Origin: a bacterium
GTDB taxonomy: Bacteria > Patescibacteriota > Dojkabacteria > B142 > OLB20
DNA: 64,000 bases
NCBI GenBank assembly: GCA_021463645.1
Contig: JAJTYI010000005.1
Coordinates: forward strand, 680 to 64,679
Reading direction: 5' to 3'
Part shown: positions 45,008 to 55,301 of the stretch, in pieces
How positions within the stretch are numbered: the stretch's first letter is position 1
How the letters are laid out: every line of letters starts with the position of its first letter
The notes under the pieces: model-generated
What the model saw: only the letters and a program-made list of their open reading frames with translations
The model's database searches: none
What the model was told of the DNA's origin: nothing
Made by a program: the position numbers and the translations under genes

Positions 45008-45760
45008 TTATTCCTCTTCCTCACCAGGGAGAGCTTGTCTGAATTTTATTGACTCAATCACATTCATTACATCCTCTTCCATTGAATCTGCAGTTTGACC
45101 ACCCCATAGGATAATGTATTCTCCTCTGAAACCGGTATAAAAAACCTGTTTGGTCATTCCTAGTTTTGCCTTATAAATTTCAGTAATTACTGCTGGTCTA
45201 TAATCAACTTGATAATCTTCTCTACTATAAAGAAAGTCTCTTATTGGTGAATATCGATTCGCTTCTTTATCAATTCTTTCTAGATAATCTTCATAGGTTG
45301 TAGGTTTTTCTGGGGCAAAAGGAGAATCGTTGAGAAAAGGTAAGATTGCAATTAGTGTGCCGGTATAATCCGTCAAATTCCAAAATCCTTCCATTTCTTC
45401 AGTACTTAGAATTCCACATGTACCCAAATACCCCTTTGTCGATGAAATCCATTGAGAACCTGCTAGGAGCTCAATCTCGCAATCAGGAAAAATATATTTC
45501 TGCGAACTTATTACTGAACTAGTGGGGCTGGGAGTATTATTTCCTTCACTAATTGTTGGTGAGACTTCAAGCTTTATCGTGGATGTTGGAATAACAGTTG
45601 GTCGAACAACCGCTTGATTGTCATCCTCCATCAAAGATAATGCATAGTAAACCAAAGCTATGACTATCAATAATAATAAAAATAAAATTGCTAAATATTT
45701 TTTAATTGGGCTTTTCTTGCCCACAACGATTATTTTTTTATCATTTGGATTATCTTGCAT
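45008..45760 (-). CDS. Hypothetical N-terminally anchored extracytoplasmic protein
   Basis: 250 aa. TM helix LAILFLLLLIVIALVYYAL. No recognisable domain. Confidence 0.35.
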   Translation of the reverse strand: MQDNPNDKKIIVVGKKSPIKKYLAILFLLLLIVIALVYYALSLMEDDNQAVVRPTVIPTSTIKLEVSPTISEGNNTPSPTSSVISSQKYIFPDCEIELLAGSQWISSTKGYLGTCGILSTEEMEGFWNLTDYTGTLIAILPFLNDSPFAPEKPTTYEDYLERIDKEANRYSPIRDFLYSREDYQVDYRPAVITEIYKAKLGMTKQVFYTGFRGEYIILWGGQTADSMEEDVMNVIESIKFRQALPGEEEE

Positions 45761-45860
45761 TATATTTAAGTATCAAAACTAAAGAAGAGCTATATTGATT
45801 TGAAACATAGCGTTTTTTACTCTAAACTATAGTAACATTTTAAATCATTCACTGCCCAAA

Positions 45861-48218
45861 TTGAACAACGATCAAATCATCACTGAATCCCTTTTGGTTG
45901 CAATCTCAAAATATATGCGACTTGTAAACTACATTGGAGCAGCTCAACTTTATCTCAAAGACAACTTCCTATTTGACCGTCCACTAGAAAAATCTGACAT
46001 AAAAGAAAGAGTGTTGGGTCATTGGGGTACAGTTCCTGGAATCAACTTTATCTATGCAAATCTTAATATTCTTGCGAAAAGACACAGTCAAGAATTTATG
46101 TTAATCGCAGGACCAGGACATGGCTACCCTGCTCTTCTAGCGAATCTTTATGTAGAGGGTACTCTTGGGAAATTTTATCCCAAATACAACTACTCGAAAG
46201 AAGGTTTTTCTAGCCTAATTAAGAACTTCAGTTGGCCAGGAGGTTTTCCAAGTCATGCAAATCCCGAAACACCAGGTGTCATCCTAGAAGGTGGTGAACT
46301 TGGATATTCACTTTCAAGTGCTTTTGGAGCATGTTTTGATAACCCAAATTTGATGGTCGCATGTATAGTGGGTGATGGCGAAGCTGAATCAGGTCCACTT
46401 AGCGCAGCTTGGCAAAGTGCAAAGTTCTTAAATCCCGCTGAAGACGGTGCAGTTTTACCAATCGTCCATGTCAACAAATACAAAATTTCTGGTCCCACAA
46501 TTTTTGGAACCATGTCCAATGAGGAACTTTATGATTACTTCAAAGGTCAGGGTTATCTTCCATTGATTGTTTCTGGAGATTATCTGTATGAAGGAATGCT
46601 AAATGCAATGGAAGAGGCATATCAACAAATTAAAAATATTCAAAAGAATCCAGATCAATCTAAACCCAAATGGCCAGTAGTTGTCTTAGTTAGCAAAAAA
46701 GGTTGGACAGGTCCCGAAATCGTGAAAGGAAAAATGAACGAGGATTCTTTTAGATCTCATGGTGTTCCGTTGGAGCACATCCATGAAGATAATAGTGAAT
46801 TCTTGGAATTGTCAGAGTGGTTGGAAAGCTACAATGTTTCAGAATTATTAGATGAAAATTATCGACCAATCCCCGAGATTATGGATTTAATTCCTGATGA
46901 CAAATATAAAATTGGTATGAATAAGAATTCAAACGGAGGAGAAGTTAGCAAAAAGTTAATTCTCCCGAATCTTGGATCCTTAAAGATTCAGGAAGATTCA
47001 CTTCTATCCTCTACACGAATTAGCAATATGATGGTACTTTCGGACTACTTGAGGGATGTTATCGTAAAAAATCCTAACAATTTCAGGGTGATGTCACCTG
47101 ATGAAACAGAATCAAATAAATTGGGATCACTTTTCGAAGTCACAACTCGAAGGTACAATTGGCCAGTTCCGAAAGGCTCAGAAAATCTTTCGCCCAACGG
47201 ACGAGTCATGGAGATACTTAGTGAACACACACTTCAAGGATGGCTCGAAGGATACACCCTAACTGGGAGGCACGGAATTTTCATCACATACGAAGCATTT
47301 GGAATGATTGTGGCAAGTATGATTGACCAATACACAAAATTCCTTAAGCAATCAAAAGCCGTAGAATGGAGGAAACCTGTTCCTTCATTGAATATAGTTT
47401 TAACAAGCAGTAGTTGGAGACAGGACCATAATGGTTATTCCCACCAAAACCCTGGTTTGATTACCTCGGTATTAAATGATTATTCAAACTTTGTCCGAGT
47501 TCATTTCCCAGTCGATGCAAACATGCTCCTTGCAACTGCAGAGGAAGCATTCTCAACAACAAATGTTGTCAATCTAATTATTGCAGCGAAGCGAGAACTT
47601 CCTCAATATCTATCTATCGAAGATGCAAAACAACAAATGACTACAGGAATGCACGCATGGGACTTCATAGGGAACAATAATGACAATCCAGATGTAGTTT
47701 TCACTGCGACTGGAGATTATCCAACAAAAGAAGTGATTGCAACCATCCAAATATTAAAAGAGGATTTGCCAGAATTAAATACAAGGTTTGTAAGTGTTTC
47801 TGAGATTACTTGTTTTGGTATTGGTGATCACCCTGTGATTAGCAAGATGAATGAAGAACAATTTGATGAAGTATTTACAACTCACGCCCCTATTATCTAT
47901 GCGTATCATGGCTATCCAGAAGACATTAAACAACTAATTTTTAATCATCCTTCAAGTAGACGATTTTTCATTAGAGGTTATAGCGAAAAAGGCACAACAA
48001 CTACTCCATTTGATATGCTTGTTCAGAATAATTGTAGTCGGTTCCAAATGGCAATTGACGCAATAGAGAAAGCTATGGAGAACAAAACAGAGCTGAAAGA
48101 GAAAGGAACCGAAATAATTAACAAATACAAACAATTGCTAGACAAACACCAAGCTTATACAAAAGAACATGGAGAAGATATTCCCGAAGTTACAAATTTC
48201 GTTTTTAAATTCCGATAA
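45861..48218 (+). CDS. xfp: Xylulose-5-phosphate/fructose-6-phosphate phosphoketolase
   Basis: 785 aa with a TTG start. YMRLVNYIGAAQLYLKDNFL…GHWGTVPGINFIYANLN…GPGHG…EGGELGYSLS are the family signatures. Confidence 0.93.
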   Translation: MNNDQIITESLLVAISKYMRLVNYIGAAQLYLKDNFLFDRPLEKSDIKERVLGHWGTVPGINFIYANLNILAKRHSQEFMLIAGPGHGYPALLANLYVEGTLGKFYPKYNYSKEGFSSLIKNFSWPGGFPSHANPETPGVILEGGELGYSLSSAFGACFDNPNLMVACIVGDGEAESGPLSAAWQSAKFLNPAEDGAVLPIVHVNKYKISGPTIFGTMSNEELYDYFKGQGYLPLIVSGDYLYEGMLNAMEEAYQQIKNIQKNPDQSKPKWPVVVLVSKKGWTGPEIVKGKMNEDSFRSHGVPLEHIHEDNSEFLELSEWLESYNVSELLDENYRPIPEIMDLIPDDKYKIGMNKNSNGGEVSKKLILPNLGSLKIQEDSLLSSTRISNMMVLSDYLRDVIVKNPNNFRVMSPDETESNKLGSLFEVTTRRYNWPVPKGSENLSPNGRVMEILSEHTLQGWLEGYTLTGRHGIFITYEAFGMIVASMIDQYTKFLKQSKAVEWRKPVPSLNIVLTSSSWRQDHNGYSHQNPGLITSVLNDYSNFVRVHFPVDANMLLATAEEAFSTTNVVNLIIAAKRELPQYLSIEDAKQQMTTGMHAWDFIGNNNDNPDVVFTATGDYPTKEVIATIQILKEDLPELNTRFVSVSEITCFGIGDHPVISKMNEEQFDEVFTTHAPIIYAYHGYPEDIKQLIFNHPSSRRFFIRGYSEKGTTTTPFDMLVQNNCSRFQMAIDAIEKAMENKTELKEKGTEIINKYKQLLDKHQAYTKEHGEDIPEVTNFVFKFR

Positions 48219-49360
48219 TGGAACATTTACTCTCTGTAAATGCAGGTAGTACCTCAGTTAAATATAAATTGTTTGACGCTAAATTACACGAGGTTCTTTT
48301 CGGACATATTGAGAATATTAAAGGAAAATTTGTCTCGAAACTTGTAAAAAATGAGGAGAAATATGTTTGGGAAATCACTGAGAGTGAATTTAAAAAACCA
48401 CATCTTCTAGTCGCAAAAGAGATTTCTGGCTATGAGCTTTCAAAAATTGGTTTTAGAATTGTACATGGGGGTGAGAAATTCACAGAACCTACAAAACTCA
48501 CAAATAAGGTGATTGATGATCTCGAACTGCTAAATGATATGGCACCTCTACATAATCCACCCGCTATCAGGATTATTCGACTGTTCAAGAAGATTTTCCC
48601 AGAAATAAAAATGTATGGAGTGTTCGATACGGCTTTCCATTCGACCATAAATCCAGAACAATTTCTGTACTCTCTTCCTTATGATTTATACCAAAAGCAT
48701 AAAATCAGAAAATACGGTTTTCATGGAATTTCCCATCAATACATCTACGAACAAATCTCCACACTTGAGAAAAAGAACAAGAAAGTAATTTCATGTCATC
48801 TAGGAGGTGGCGCAAGCATCACGGCTATCAAAGATGGAAAAAGCTACGACACCTCAATGGGTTTTACTCCTCTAGAAGGATTAACAATGGCAACAAGATC
48901 TGGAGATATCGATTCGGGAATTATATTTTACCTAGTTGAGCGGAAACTCTACCCCCTTAAGGAACTCAAAAATCTGATGAATCATTTCAGCGGACTGATG
49001 GGAATCTCAGGAATCACATCAGATATGAGGAAATTACTCGAACTGGAGAAAAAAGGCAACAAACGAGCGCACTTAGCTATTGAAATATATATTTATGACA
49101 TTGTGAGATACATCGGTGCATATATCGTAGCTCTTGGTGGGCTAGATGTTTTAGCATTTAGTGGCGGAGTTGGTTCAGGCTCCGATGTCCTCAGAGAACG
49201 TATTTGTGAAGCACTCACTGCTTATAACATACGTATATCTAGCAAAAACAAAGGAAAAATTAATGTTGAAGAGAATCTGAAAATTAGTTCTAGAGGTTCG
49301 CTACCTGTTTGGATAATTCCAACGGACGAAGAAAAAATGATCGCTAAAAGCATTATTTAG
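48218..49360 (+). CDS. ackA: Acetate kinase
   Basis: 380 aa. LSVNAGSTSVKYKLF, GFRIVHGG, FDTAFH, YGFHGISH and the CHLGGGASI motif. The start overlaps the xfp stop (TAATG). Confidence 0.93.
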   Translation: MEHLLSVNAGSTSVKYKLFDAKLHEVLFGHIENIKGKFVSKLVKNEEKYVWEITESEFKKPHLLVAKEISGYELSKIGFRIVHGGEKFTEPTKLTNKVIDDLELLNDMAPLHNPPAIRIIRLFKKIFPEIKMYGVFDTAFHSTINPEQFLYSLPYDLYQKHKIRKYGFHGISHQYIYEQISTLEKKNKKVISCHLGGGASITAIKDGKSYDTSMGFTPLEGLTMATRSGDIDSGIIFYLVERKLYPLKELKNLMNHFSGLMGISGITSDMRKLLELEKKGNKRAHLAIEIYIYDIVRYIGAYIVALGGLDVLAFSGGVGSGSDVLRERICEALTAYNIRISSKNKGKINVEENLKISSRGSLPVWIIPTDEEKMIAKSII

Positions 49361-49376
49361 TCTTCATATCCCACCA

Positions 49377-50183
49377 CTATCTTCCTGTTTTTCCGCGTCC
49401 CTTAGTAGATTGCCTGCCCTGCCTCAAAGTAGGGGTCATGGAGCTTCCTCTTGTAATCCTTGAAGCTATCTCAGATTTATTCGTTATTAATTTCTCAGGC
49501 TTTGGTTTTCTGGAGAGAGAGATTTGCATCACAAGTCTTAGTAATAAAATTATTACAATGTATACAGCTATTAAAGAACTCATTTGAGGTAATGTATTTG
49601 CACCCTCATTGAACCAATTAATCCAAATTTCGAAGTTTTTTACTGTAAAATGAACCAATGCAAAAAGCAAAGCGATATACCCTACTCTCAGCAATTTTCG
49701 CCATCTGACACCACCAATTTTCTTGGTAGAATAATTATTTGAAATTAGTGCCATAAGGGTGAAAATTATCAACGATAAAGCACCGAGTACAAAAGGTATT
49801 CGATTATTAATTGTGAAGTTTAACACTAACCAATCTTTATGGAGTACAAACTTTTCTAAACCTGTATTTGCTAGGAAATAAAAATATAGTGAGTTTAAAC
49901 CATGCCAAAGAACAAAAAAATAACCCACCAAACCTAGATATTTTCTATAAGGGACTTTTCTGTCGAGGAAATCCCAGTAATAACCTAAACCACTCAAAGC
50001 AAAGGACAACCCCATCAGGATGATTGCTGTTGATGCAGTAGCTTTGTTAATCATCTCAAGGGAAAAATTATCACCTTGGAAGAAATAGTAATAGCAGACG
50101 AAGAGAAAAACCAAACCGCCAAAGCTGAGAGTGTTTAACCAATACTTCAGAATTGGTTTTGATTCTATTTTGGAGTCTTTCAT
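49377..50183 (-). CDS. Polytopic membrane protein, ferric-reductase-like TM domain (MsrQ/YedZ-like)
   Basis: 268 aa. RKYLGLVGYFFVLWHGLNSLYF and LLFALVHFTV resemble the His-bearing helices of the MsrQ family. A basic C-terminal tail. No msrP is nearby. Confidence 0.4.
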   Translation of the reverse strand: MKDSKIESKPILKYWLNTLSFGGLVFLFVCYYYFFQGDNFSLEMINKATASTAIILMGLSFALSGLGYYWDFLDRKVPYRKYLGLVGYFFVLWHGLNSLYFYFLANTGLEKFVLHKDWLVLNFTINNRIPFVLGALSLIIFTLMALISNNYSTKKIGGVRWRKLLRVGYIALLFALVHFTVKNFEIWINWFNEGANTLPQMSSLIAVYIVIILLLRLVMQISLSRKPKPEKLITNKSEIASRITRGSSMTPTLRQGRQSTKGRGKTGR

Positions 50184-50187
50184 TAAC

Positions 50188-50940
50188 CTAGATTAACAAA
50201 AAAGAGCTAACAACCATACCTGCAGTTTCTGTCCGCAATACCGGTAAGTTCAGTTTTACCAATTTGAATCCACTTTTTAACGCAGAGTTGACTTCTTTTT
50301 CGGAGAAGCCACCTTCTGGACCGATTAATATTAATATTTCGTCATCCACTCTAATTTTTTCTTTAATTTGCCTAAGATCAACTTTTGTACTATCTTCTGA
50401 GTCAGTATGAAGTATTAGTTTGTAATCTGCCTTTAGATTCAACAACTCATTGAAACTTACTGCTGGTGCAACCTCAGGAATGAAATTGTTTACACTTTGT
50501 CTGGAGGCTTCTTGAACCACTTTCCCAAGTCTTTGCATCTTTTTCTCATCATAATGTTTGGCTTTTACGACACTATAATCACTCTCGAATAAGACAAATT
50601 TTCGAACGCCGACTTCGGTGTTCATTCGTAGTATCGTGTCAATTTTTCCAGCTTTTGGGAGTCCCTGAGCCAAGATAATGTGCGGTCTCTCCGGGATTTC
50701 TTCAACATTCTTCTCTAACACTTTCGCAACCATTACTTCTTTACTTAATAATTCGACTTCGGAAAGATATGAAGTACCTTCTCCATCGAACAATATTACC
50801 TTGTCACCTTTCGTAATTCGTAATACCTTTCTGGCATGCTTTAATATCTTCTCTTCATTAAGATAATACTTACCTTTTGCGTATTCATATTCAGAAAGAA
50901 AAAATCTAGGTAATGATTTCATATTATTGTTCTTTGACAA
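50188..50940 (-). CDS. rsmE: 16S rRNA (uracil1498-N3)-methyltransferase RsmE
   Basis: 250 aa. LPRFFL…, a PUA-like N-terminal domain, and LIGPEGGFSEKEV…LPVLRTETAG (SPOUT knot). Confidence 0.85.
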   Translation of the reverse strand: MSKNNNMKSLPRFFLSEYEYAKGKYYLNEEKILKHARKVLRITKGDKVILFDGEGTSYLSEVELLSKEVMVAKVLEKNVEEIPERPHIILAQGLPKAGKIDTILRMNTEVGVRKFVLFESDYSVVKAKHYDEKKMQRLGKVVQEASRQSVNNFIPEVAPAVSFNELLNLKADYKLILHTDSEDSTKVDLRQIKEKIRVDDEILILIGPEGGFSEKEVNSALKSGFKLVKLNLPVLRTETAGMVVSSFLLI

Positions 50941-51763
50941 CTGATGAATTTAAAAGGCTTGTCACCATCCTGGCTTCAAAGTGCTGCATATATACTGTCC
51001 CCACAGACAAGGCAACCGGAAACAAGAATAACCCCACACATAGAAGTATGAAGAATGCGGACATATAAATCGCAAACATCACAATTGTTTGTGCAAGAAA
51101 GATAAGTCCACCAACTATTAGAATTTCTTTGAAATTCAATTTTATGGCATTTAAGACTGCACTCATATTTATTGTATCTGCAATTCTACCCTCATTATTT
51201 ACAAATCTGGCTGTTAAAAGTGGAAAGAAAAGAAGTCTTGTTAGGAATTGTAAAAACGTTCCAAGCCATATAACCGCATTTCCTGAAATTAAAAATATCC
51301 AGTATTGTGCATTAAGTGGATCTCCGGTAGTTTCCATAAATTGCGATGAGAAACTATTCACGAATGATCCAACAAGAAGGACAAGTGTAGGAATTAGAAT
51401 ATATGCCCACAATGACAAATTTAATTTAAAGCCTTGTGTAATCCTTCTCCCAAAATCTGTTAGATGTCCAACACTCTCAATTTGTCCATTATTCTGCATA
51501 ACATTAATCAAATCTAGCTTATAACCTGCTAAATAGGACTGTAAAATGAGATGAGTCACTAGCAATATTAGTCCAATAAGGAAAAATAATAGGAATGCGA
51601 ATAGTACACCACCTAACATGAGAAATATTGTTAATGCAAATAATGCCATACCCAAGACGCTGATTATCAAATACATGCCTCCAATGCCTATACTCCTCTG
51701 CTTCCAATCACTAAGTTTAAAAAATTCAGTAAATATTACATTTGTATCTATTTTGACTTTCAT
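50924..51763 (-). CDS. Hypothetical polytopic membrane protein
   Basis: 279 aa with 6 or more TM helices. No recognisable motif. Confidence 0.35.
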   Translation of the reverse strand: MKVKIDTNVIFTEFFKLSDWKQRSIGIGGMYLIISVLGMALFALTIFLMLGGVLFAFLLFFLIGLILLVTHLILQSYLAGYKLDLINVMQNNGQIESVGHLTDFGRRITQGFKLNLSLWAYILIPTLVLLVGSFVNSFSSQFMETTGDPLNAQYWIFLISGNAVIWLGTFLQFLTRLLFFPLLTARFVNNEGRIADTINMSAVLNAIKLNFKEILIVGGLIFLAQTIVMFAIYMSAFFILLCVGLFLFPVALSVGTVYMQHFEARMVTSLLNSSVVKEQ

Positions 51764-51783
51764 TTTGTTTTAAATAAAGTTAA

Positions 51784-52134
51784 CTAAATTACTGCTGGGT
51801 GTTTTTTTGAATTTTTATTAAGCTTTTTACTTATAATTTCAGATACATCCATATCAAGATGATCAGCAAGCTCAAGAGAATATATTAATATATCTGCTAA
51901 CTCCTCTTCGATTCTCTCTCTTAAATGAGATTCAGTTTTTGCCTCCTTTTCTACTGAGCCGTGAGATTTGAACAAAAATAACTGTAATAGTTCACCTGCC
52001 TCAACGATAATTGCCTCACTCAGATTTACGGGATTATGATGTCTCTTCCAATCACGTTTTGACACAAAGTCAGAAATCTCTTTTTGGATTGATTGGATGG
52101 TTCTCTCGTTGTCATTGTTACTTTTCATGCCCAA
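51784..52134 (-). CDS. MazG-like nucleotide pyrophosphohydrolase
   Basis: 116 aa. IVEAGELLQLF and EEELADILIY (EExxE…D metal-binding helices). Confidence 0.7.
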   Translation of the reverse strand: MGMKSNNDNERTIQSIQKEISDFVSKRDWKRHHNPVNLSEAIIVEAGELLQLFLFKSHGSVEKEAKTESHLRERIEEELADILIYSLELADHLDMDVSEIISKKLNKNSKKHPAVI

Positions 52135-52221
52135 TTATAACTAATTAATCAAACAATATAAATGTAATTTGTTATTGATAAACAAATCCCATATACTAAA
52201 ATAAGTAAGTTATTACCAAAT

Positions 52222-52563
52222 ATGCAGAATCCAAATTCAATACAAAATCCAGTTCCAACAGTAAATCAGAGTCAACAACAAACTCAACCTGAAACACCCG
52301 TTGCTAGTAATCGACCTGGACCGTATGACAATTACGCACTTACATCATTTCTCATGGGGACTCTCTCTATCATCACTAGTTTGGTTATATATCCAGGTCT
52401 GGCATTCGGAATAATGTCTATCGTATTTGGTCTTAGGGGCAAACAATCTACTGCCAAGTCCAAATTAGCTAAAATCGGAATTATTTTGGGTGTAATTGGA
52501 TTGATTTCATCAATATTCTGGGGCATTTTGAATCTGTATCTATCGGTAGTTGGAAATTCTTAA
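52222..52563 (+). CDS. Small membrane protein (DUF4190-like) with a Q/P-rich N-terminus
   Basis: 113 aa. Two TM helices and a GLRGK loop, typical of DUF4190. Confidence 0.45.
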   Translation: MQNPNSIQNPVPTVNQSQQQTQPETPVASNRPGPYDNYALTSFLMGTLSIITSLVIYPGLAFGIMSIVFGLRGKQSTAKSKLAKIGIILGVIGLISSIFWGILNLYLSVVGNS

Positions 52564-52577
52564 ACTTCTGGGGAACA

Positions 52578-53006
52578 TTAGAAAATCAATCTGAGCAACT
52601 CAGTCAAAATCATCAAAACGATAAACACAATTATCAGCAGAGTTAGGATTATTAATATCTTCAAAGCAATATCAATTGGTTTATAAGGGACTAATTCAAA
52701 GTAATAGATATCATAGACTTTCGCATATAATGCAGGATATTGAACAGTTTTAAAATAAATCCATCTCTCCTTTAAATTCTTATTAAATTTCACATAATTT
52801 TCCCTAGTTAAAACACTTTTTCTTGGCCCCCTCACCTTTTTCTTCCTTGTTTCTGGTTTACTTGTTACCTTTTTCACATCATATGAAGGAGTTATAGCCG
52901 GGGAATAGTTTTCATCCGGAGCTATATCTTCACCACTAACACCTACAGGCTCGGGTTCGGTGCTTATGTATTTTTTGTTAGAGACGTCTTCTGGTAAATC
53001 GAACAT
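52578..53006 (-). CDS. Hypothetical C-terminally anchored protein
   Basis: 142 aa with a basic middle region and a single C-terminal TM helix. Confidence 0.3.
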   Translation of the reverse strand: MFDLPEDVSNKKYISTEPEPVGVSGEDIAPDENYSPAITPSYDVKKVTSKPETRKKKVRGPRKSVLTRENYVKFNKNLKERWIYFKTVQYPALYAKVYDIYYFELVPYKPIDIALKILIILTLLIIVFIVLMILTELLRLIF

Positions 53007-53106
53007 TTTTTTAATTAACTTTCTATATTCTATAATTTCCCAGATGCAAGGACAAATTACAAGAGAAATGTTATTATGAGAATCTGTTATTTTTTAGCTT
53101 GAAGTA

Positions 53107-54339
53107 ATGACCGATAAAGCTAGTAAAAGACTTCTCAACAATATCACCTTCTTTGGAGACTCAGCTATACCAGAAGAAAGCCCTATTTACAAAGACATTT
53201 GGAATGCAGCACAATTTTTAGCACAAAAGGGATACACAATCGTAAATGGAGGTGGTCCAGGTGTTATGAAAGCAGCCACAGACGGAGCAGAATCAGTAGA
53301 TGGCAAAACAATCGCAATTTATTGGCAACCCAAATTAGCCTCATTTTTTGAAGGACGTAACTTAGCAAATGTTACCGATGAATACGAAACAGCTTCAAAC
53401 TATATGACTAGAACGTTGGGATTGATTGAGAAAGGTGATGCATATCTAGTGTGTAAAGGTGGAACAGGAACTGTTTCTGAGTTTGGTATGGTCTGGGCAT
53501 TGGCAAAACTTTATTATGGTTGTCACAAACCAGTTATCTTGTATGGTGATTTTTGGGACCCCATCATAGAAAGTCTTCAAACGAACATGAACATTGACGA
53601 GACGGAATTAGCAGTACTCTATCAGGCAAACACACCAGAGCAAATTCTATCTATCCTCGAAAAACACGAGATGAAAATCGGTCACTGCGCAGACAAACAA
53701 ATAAGTGGGGATGAATCCGCTTTCATTTTGAGTCCTAGACATCTGACTAATATCGTTGCCTATAATCAAGAAGCTAGTTCATATGACGAACAATTTGCTG
53801 GTAAACCTGTATCACACATTCAATTAGATGAGTTTATTTCCATGGTGCACCCACCTGCGAAAGTTCTCGATCTCGGAACTGGGTTTGGACAAGACGCAAA
53901 ATATTTATCAACAAAATATACTGTTACTGGTGTCGAAATCTCTCCTAAGTCTGCAATGATTGCTAAATTCGAGAATCCCGATATGGAATTGATAGTTGAT
54001 GATATGGTTAAATACGATTTTGGAAAAGAAAGATTCAAAGGAATCTGGGCTCGAAATTCACTACATCATATCGAAGAACAATATCAAGATTTGATTTTCA
54101 AAAAAGCATTCGATGCACTAGTAGATGACGGAATCTTCTACTTGGTAGTTCGTGAAGGAGATGGTGAAAAAGTGGAAATCGATGAAAGAGGATATCAAAA
54201 AATAGAAAAGTTCTATCACCTATATTCAAAAGATGAAATTATCGAAAGAGCTAGAAAAGCGGGCTTTAAGGTTGAAAAAATCGACACTGTAGTCAGGAGT
54301 CATAAATGGCTTAATATAATTTTAAGAAAGAAGAATTAA
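53107..54339 (+). CDS. LOG/TIGR00730-family (Rossmann 'lysine decarboxylase-like') domain fused to a class I SAM methyltransferase
   Basis: 410 aa. N-terminal half: VNGGGPGVMKAATDGA and CKGGTGTVSEF (PGGxGTxxE-type). C-terminal half: VLDLGTGFGQDAKYL, GVEISP and LVDDGIFYLVV. Confidence 0.65.
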   Translation: MTDKASKRLLNNITFFGDSAIPEESPIYKDIWNAAQFLAQKGYTIVNGGGPGVMKAATDGAESVDGKTIAIYWQPKLASFFEGRNLANVTDEYETASNYMTRTLGLIEKGDAYLVCKGGTGTVSEFGMVWALAKLYYGCHKPVILYGDFWDPIIESLQTNMNIDETELAVLYQANTPEQILSILEKHEMKIGHCADKQISGDESAFILSPRHLTNIVAYNQEASSYDEQFAGKPVSHIQLDEFISMVHPPAKVLDLGTGFGQDAKYLSTKYTVTGVEISPKSAMIAKFENPDMELIVDDMVKYDFGKERFKGIWARNSLHHIEEQYQDLIFKKAFDALVDDGIFYLVVREGDGEKVEIDERGYQKIEKFYHLYSKDEIIERARKAGFKVEKIDTVVRSHKWLNIILRKKN

Positions 54340-54340
54340 T

Positions 54341-55246
54341 ATGAAAGGGATAAAAAATATTTTTGACGGCATTATTATGGGAATCGCAGAAATAGTTCCT
54401 GGGGTAAGTGCCTCAACCGCTACACTCTTACTAGGAATCTACGATGACTTCTTAAATTTACTTGAAGGAGTTACGAATTTCGTCAGAGATTTCTTGCATT
54501 TCATTATCAAAAAGATTTCAAAAGATAAATTAATTAAATCATTTAAAAAAATTAATTTTTCTTATGGTATTCAACTATTCATAGGAATGGTTATCGGAAT
54601 TGTTCTCTTTTCTAATATCGTTGACTATTTCTACGAGAATAATAAAACGGTGGTACAAGCAATATTTTTTGGAATCATCCTTGCTTCAATTATCATCCCA
54701 GTTAAAGTTGTAAAAAAACCTAATCTCACTGATTTATTATTTTTAATTATTGGATTTGTGACATTTTTTTCGGTATTGAAGATGGGCCAGGTAAGCGATG
54801 CAGATTCTATTCCACTTTGGTTAATTTTCATCGGAGGTACAATCAGTGTCTCGGGTATGGTACTGCCTGGAGTAAACAGCTCCTTCGTTTTGATTCCATT
54901 GGGAGTTTATGAATTGATTCTAAAAATTGTAAAAGAATTTAGTAGACTCAACTTCACCTTTGAATTAATCACTCAGGCGTTAGTTTTTGGTTCGGGAGTA
55001 GCATTTGGATTAATTAGCTTTGTAAAGGTTCTAAAATACGCTTTTAAAAATCATATCACTAAACTATTCTCTCTAATTGCTGGAATTATGCTTGCATCCT
55101 TGATTAGTCTATGGCCTTATCAGAATATTGATTATACGAGCAAAGATTCATTAATAATCTCAGTATTACTAATCATTTCACTCTTGTTGACTTCGGTGTT
55201 CATTTTAAAGACAAAACCTGAAGAGGAAGTTACATTAAAACGTTGA
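54341..55246 (+). CDS. DUF368-family polytopic membrane protein
   Basis: 301 aa. GIAEIVPGVSASTATLLLGIYD and VLPGVNSSFVL are the characteristic duplicated DUF368 motifs. Confidence 0.7.
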   Translation: MKGIKNIFDGIIMGIAEIVPGVSASTATLLLGIYDDFLNLLEGVTNFVRDFLHFIIKKISKDKLIKSFKKINFSYGIQLFIGMVIGIVLFSNIVDYFYENNKTVVQAIFFGIILASIIIPVKVVKKPNLTDLLFLIIGFVTFFSVLKMGQVSDADSIPLWLIFIGGTISVSGMVLPGVNSSFVLIPLGVYELILKIVKEFSRLNFTFELITQALVFGSGVAFGLISFVKVLKYAFKNHITKLFSLIAGIMLASLISLWPYQNIDYTSKDSLIISVLLIISLLLTSVFILKTKPEEEVTLKR

Positions 55247-55301
55247 TTTGTGATTCTCTAGTGTATTCAATATAATAAGTTAATAATTATTCTCATTTAA
55301 G

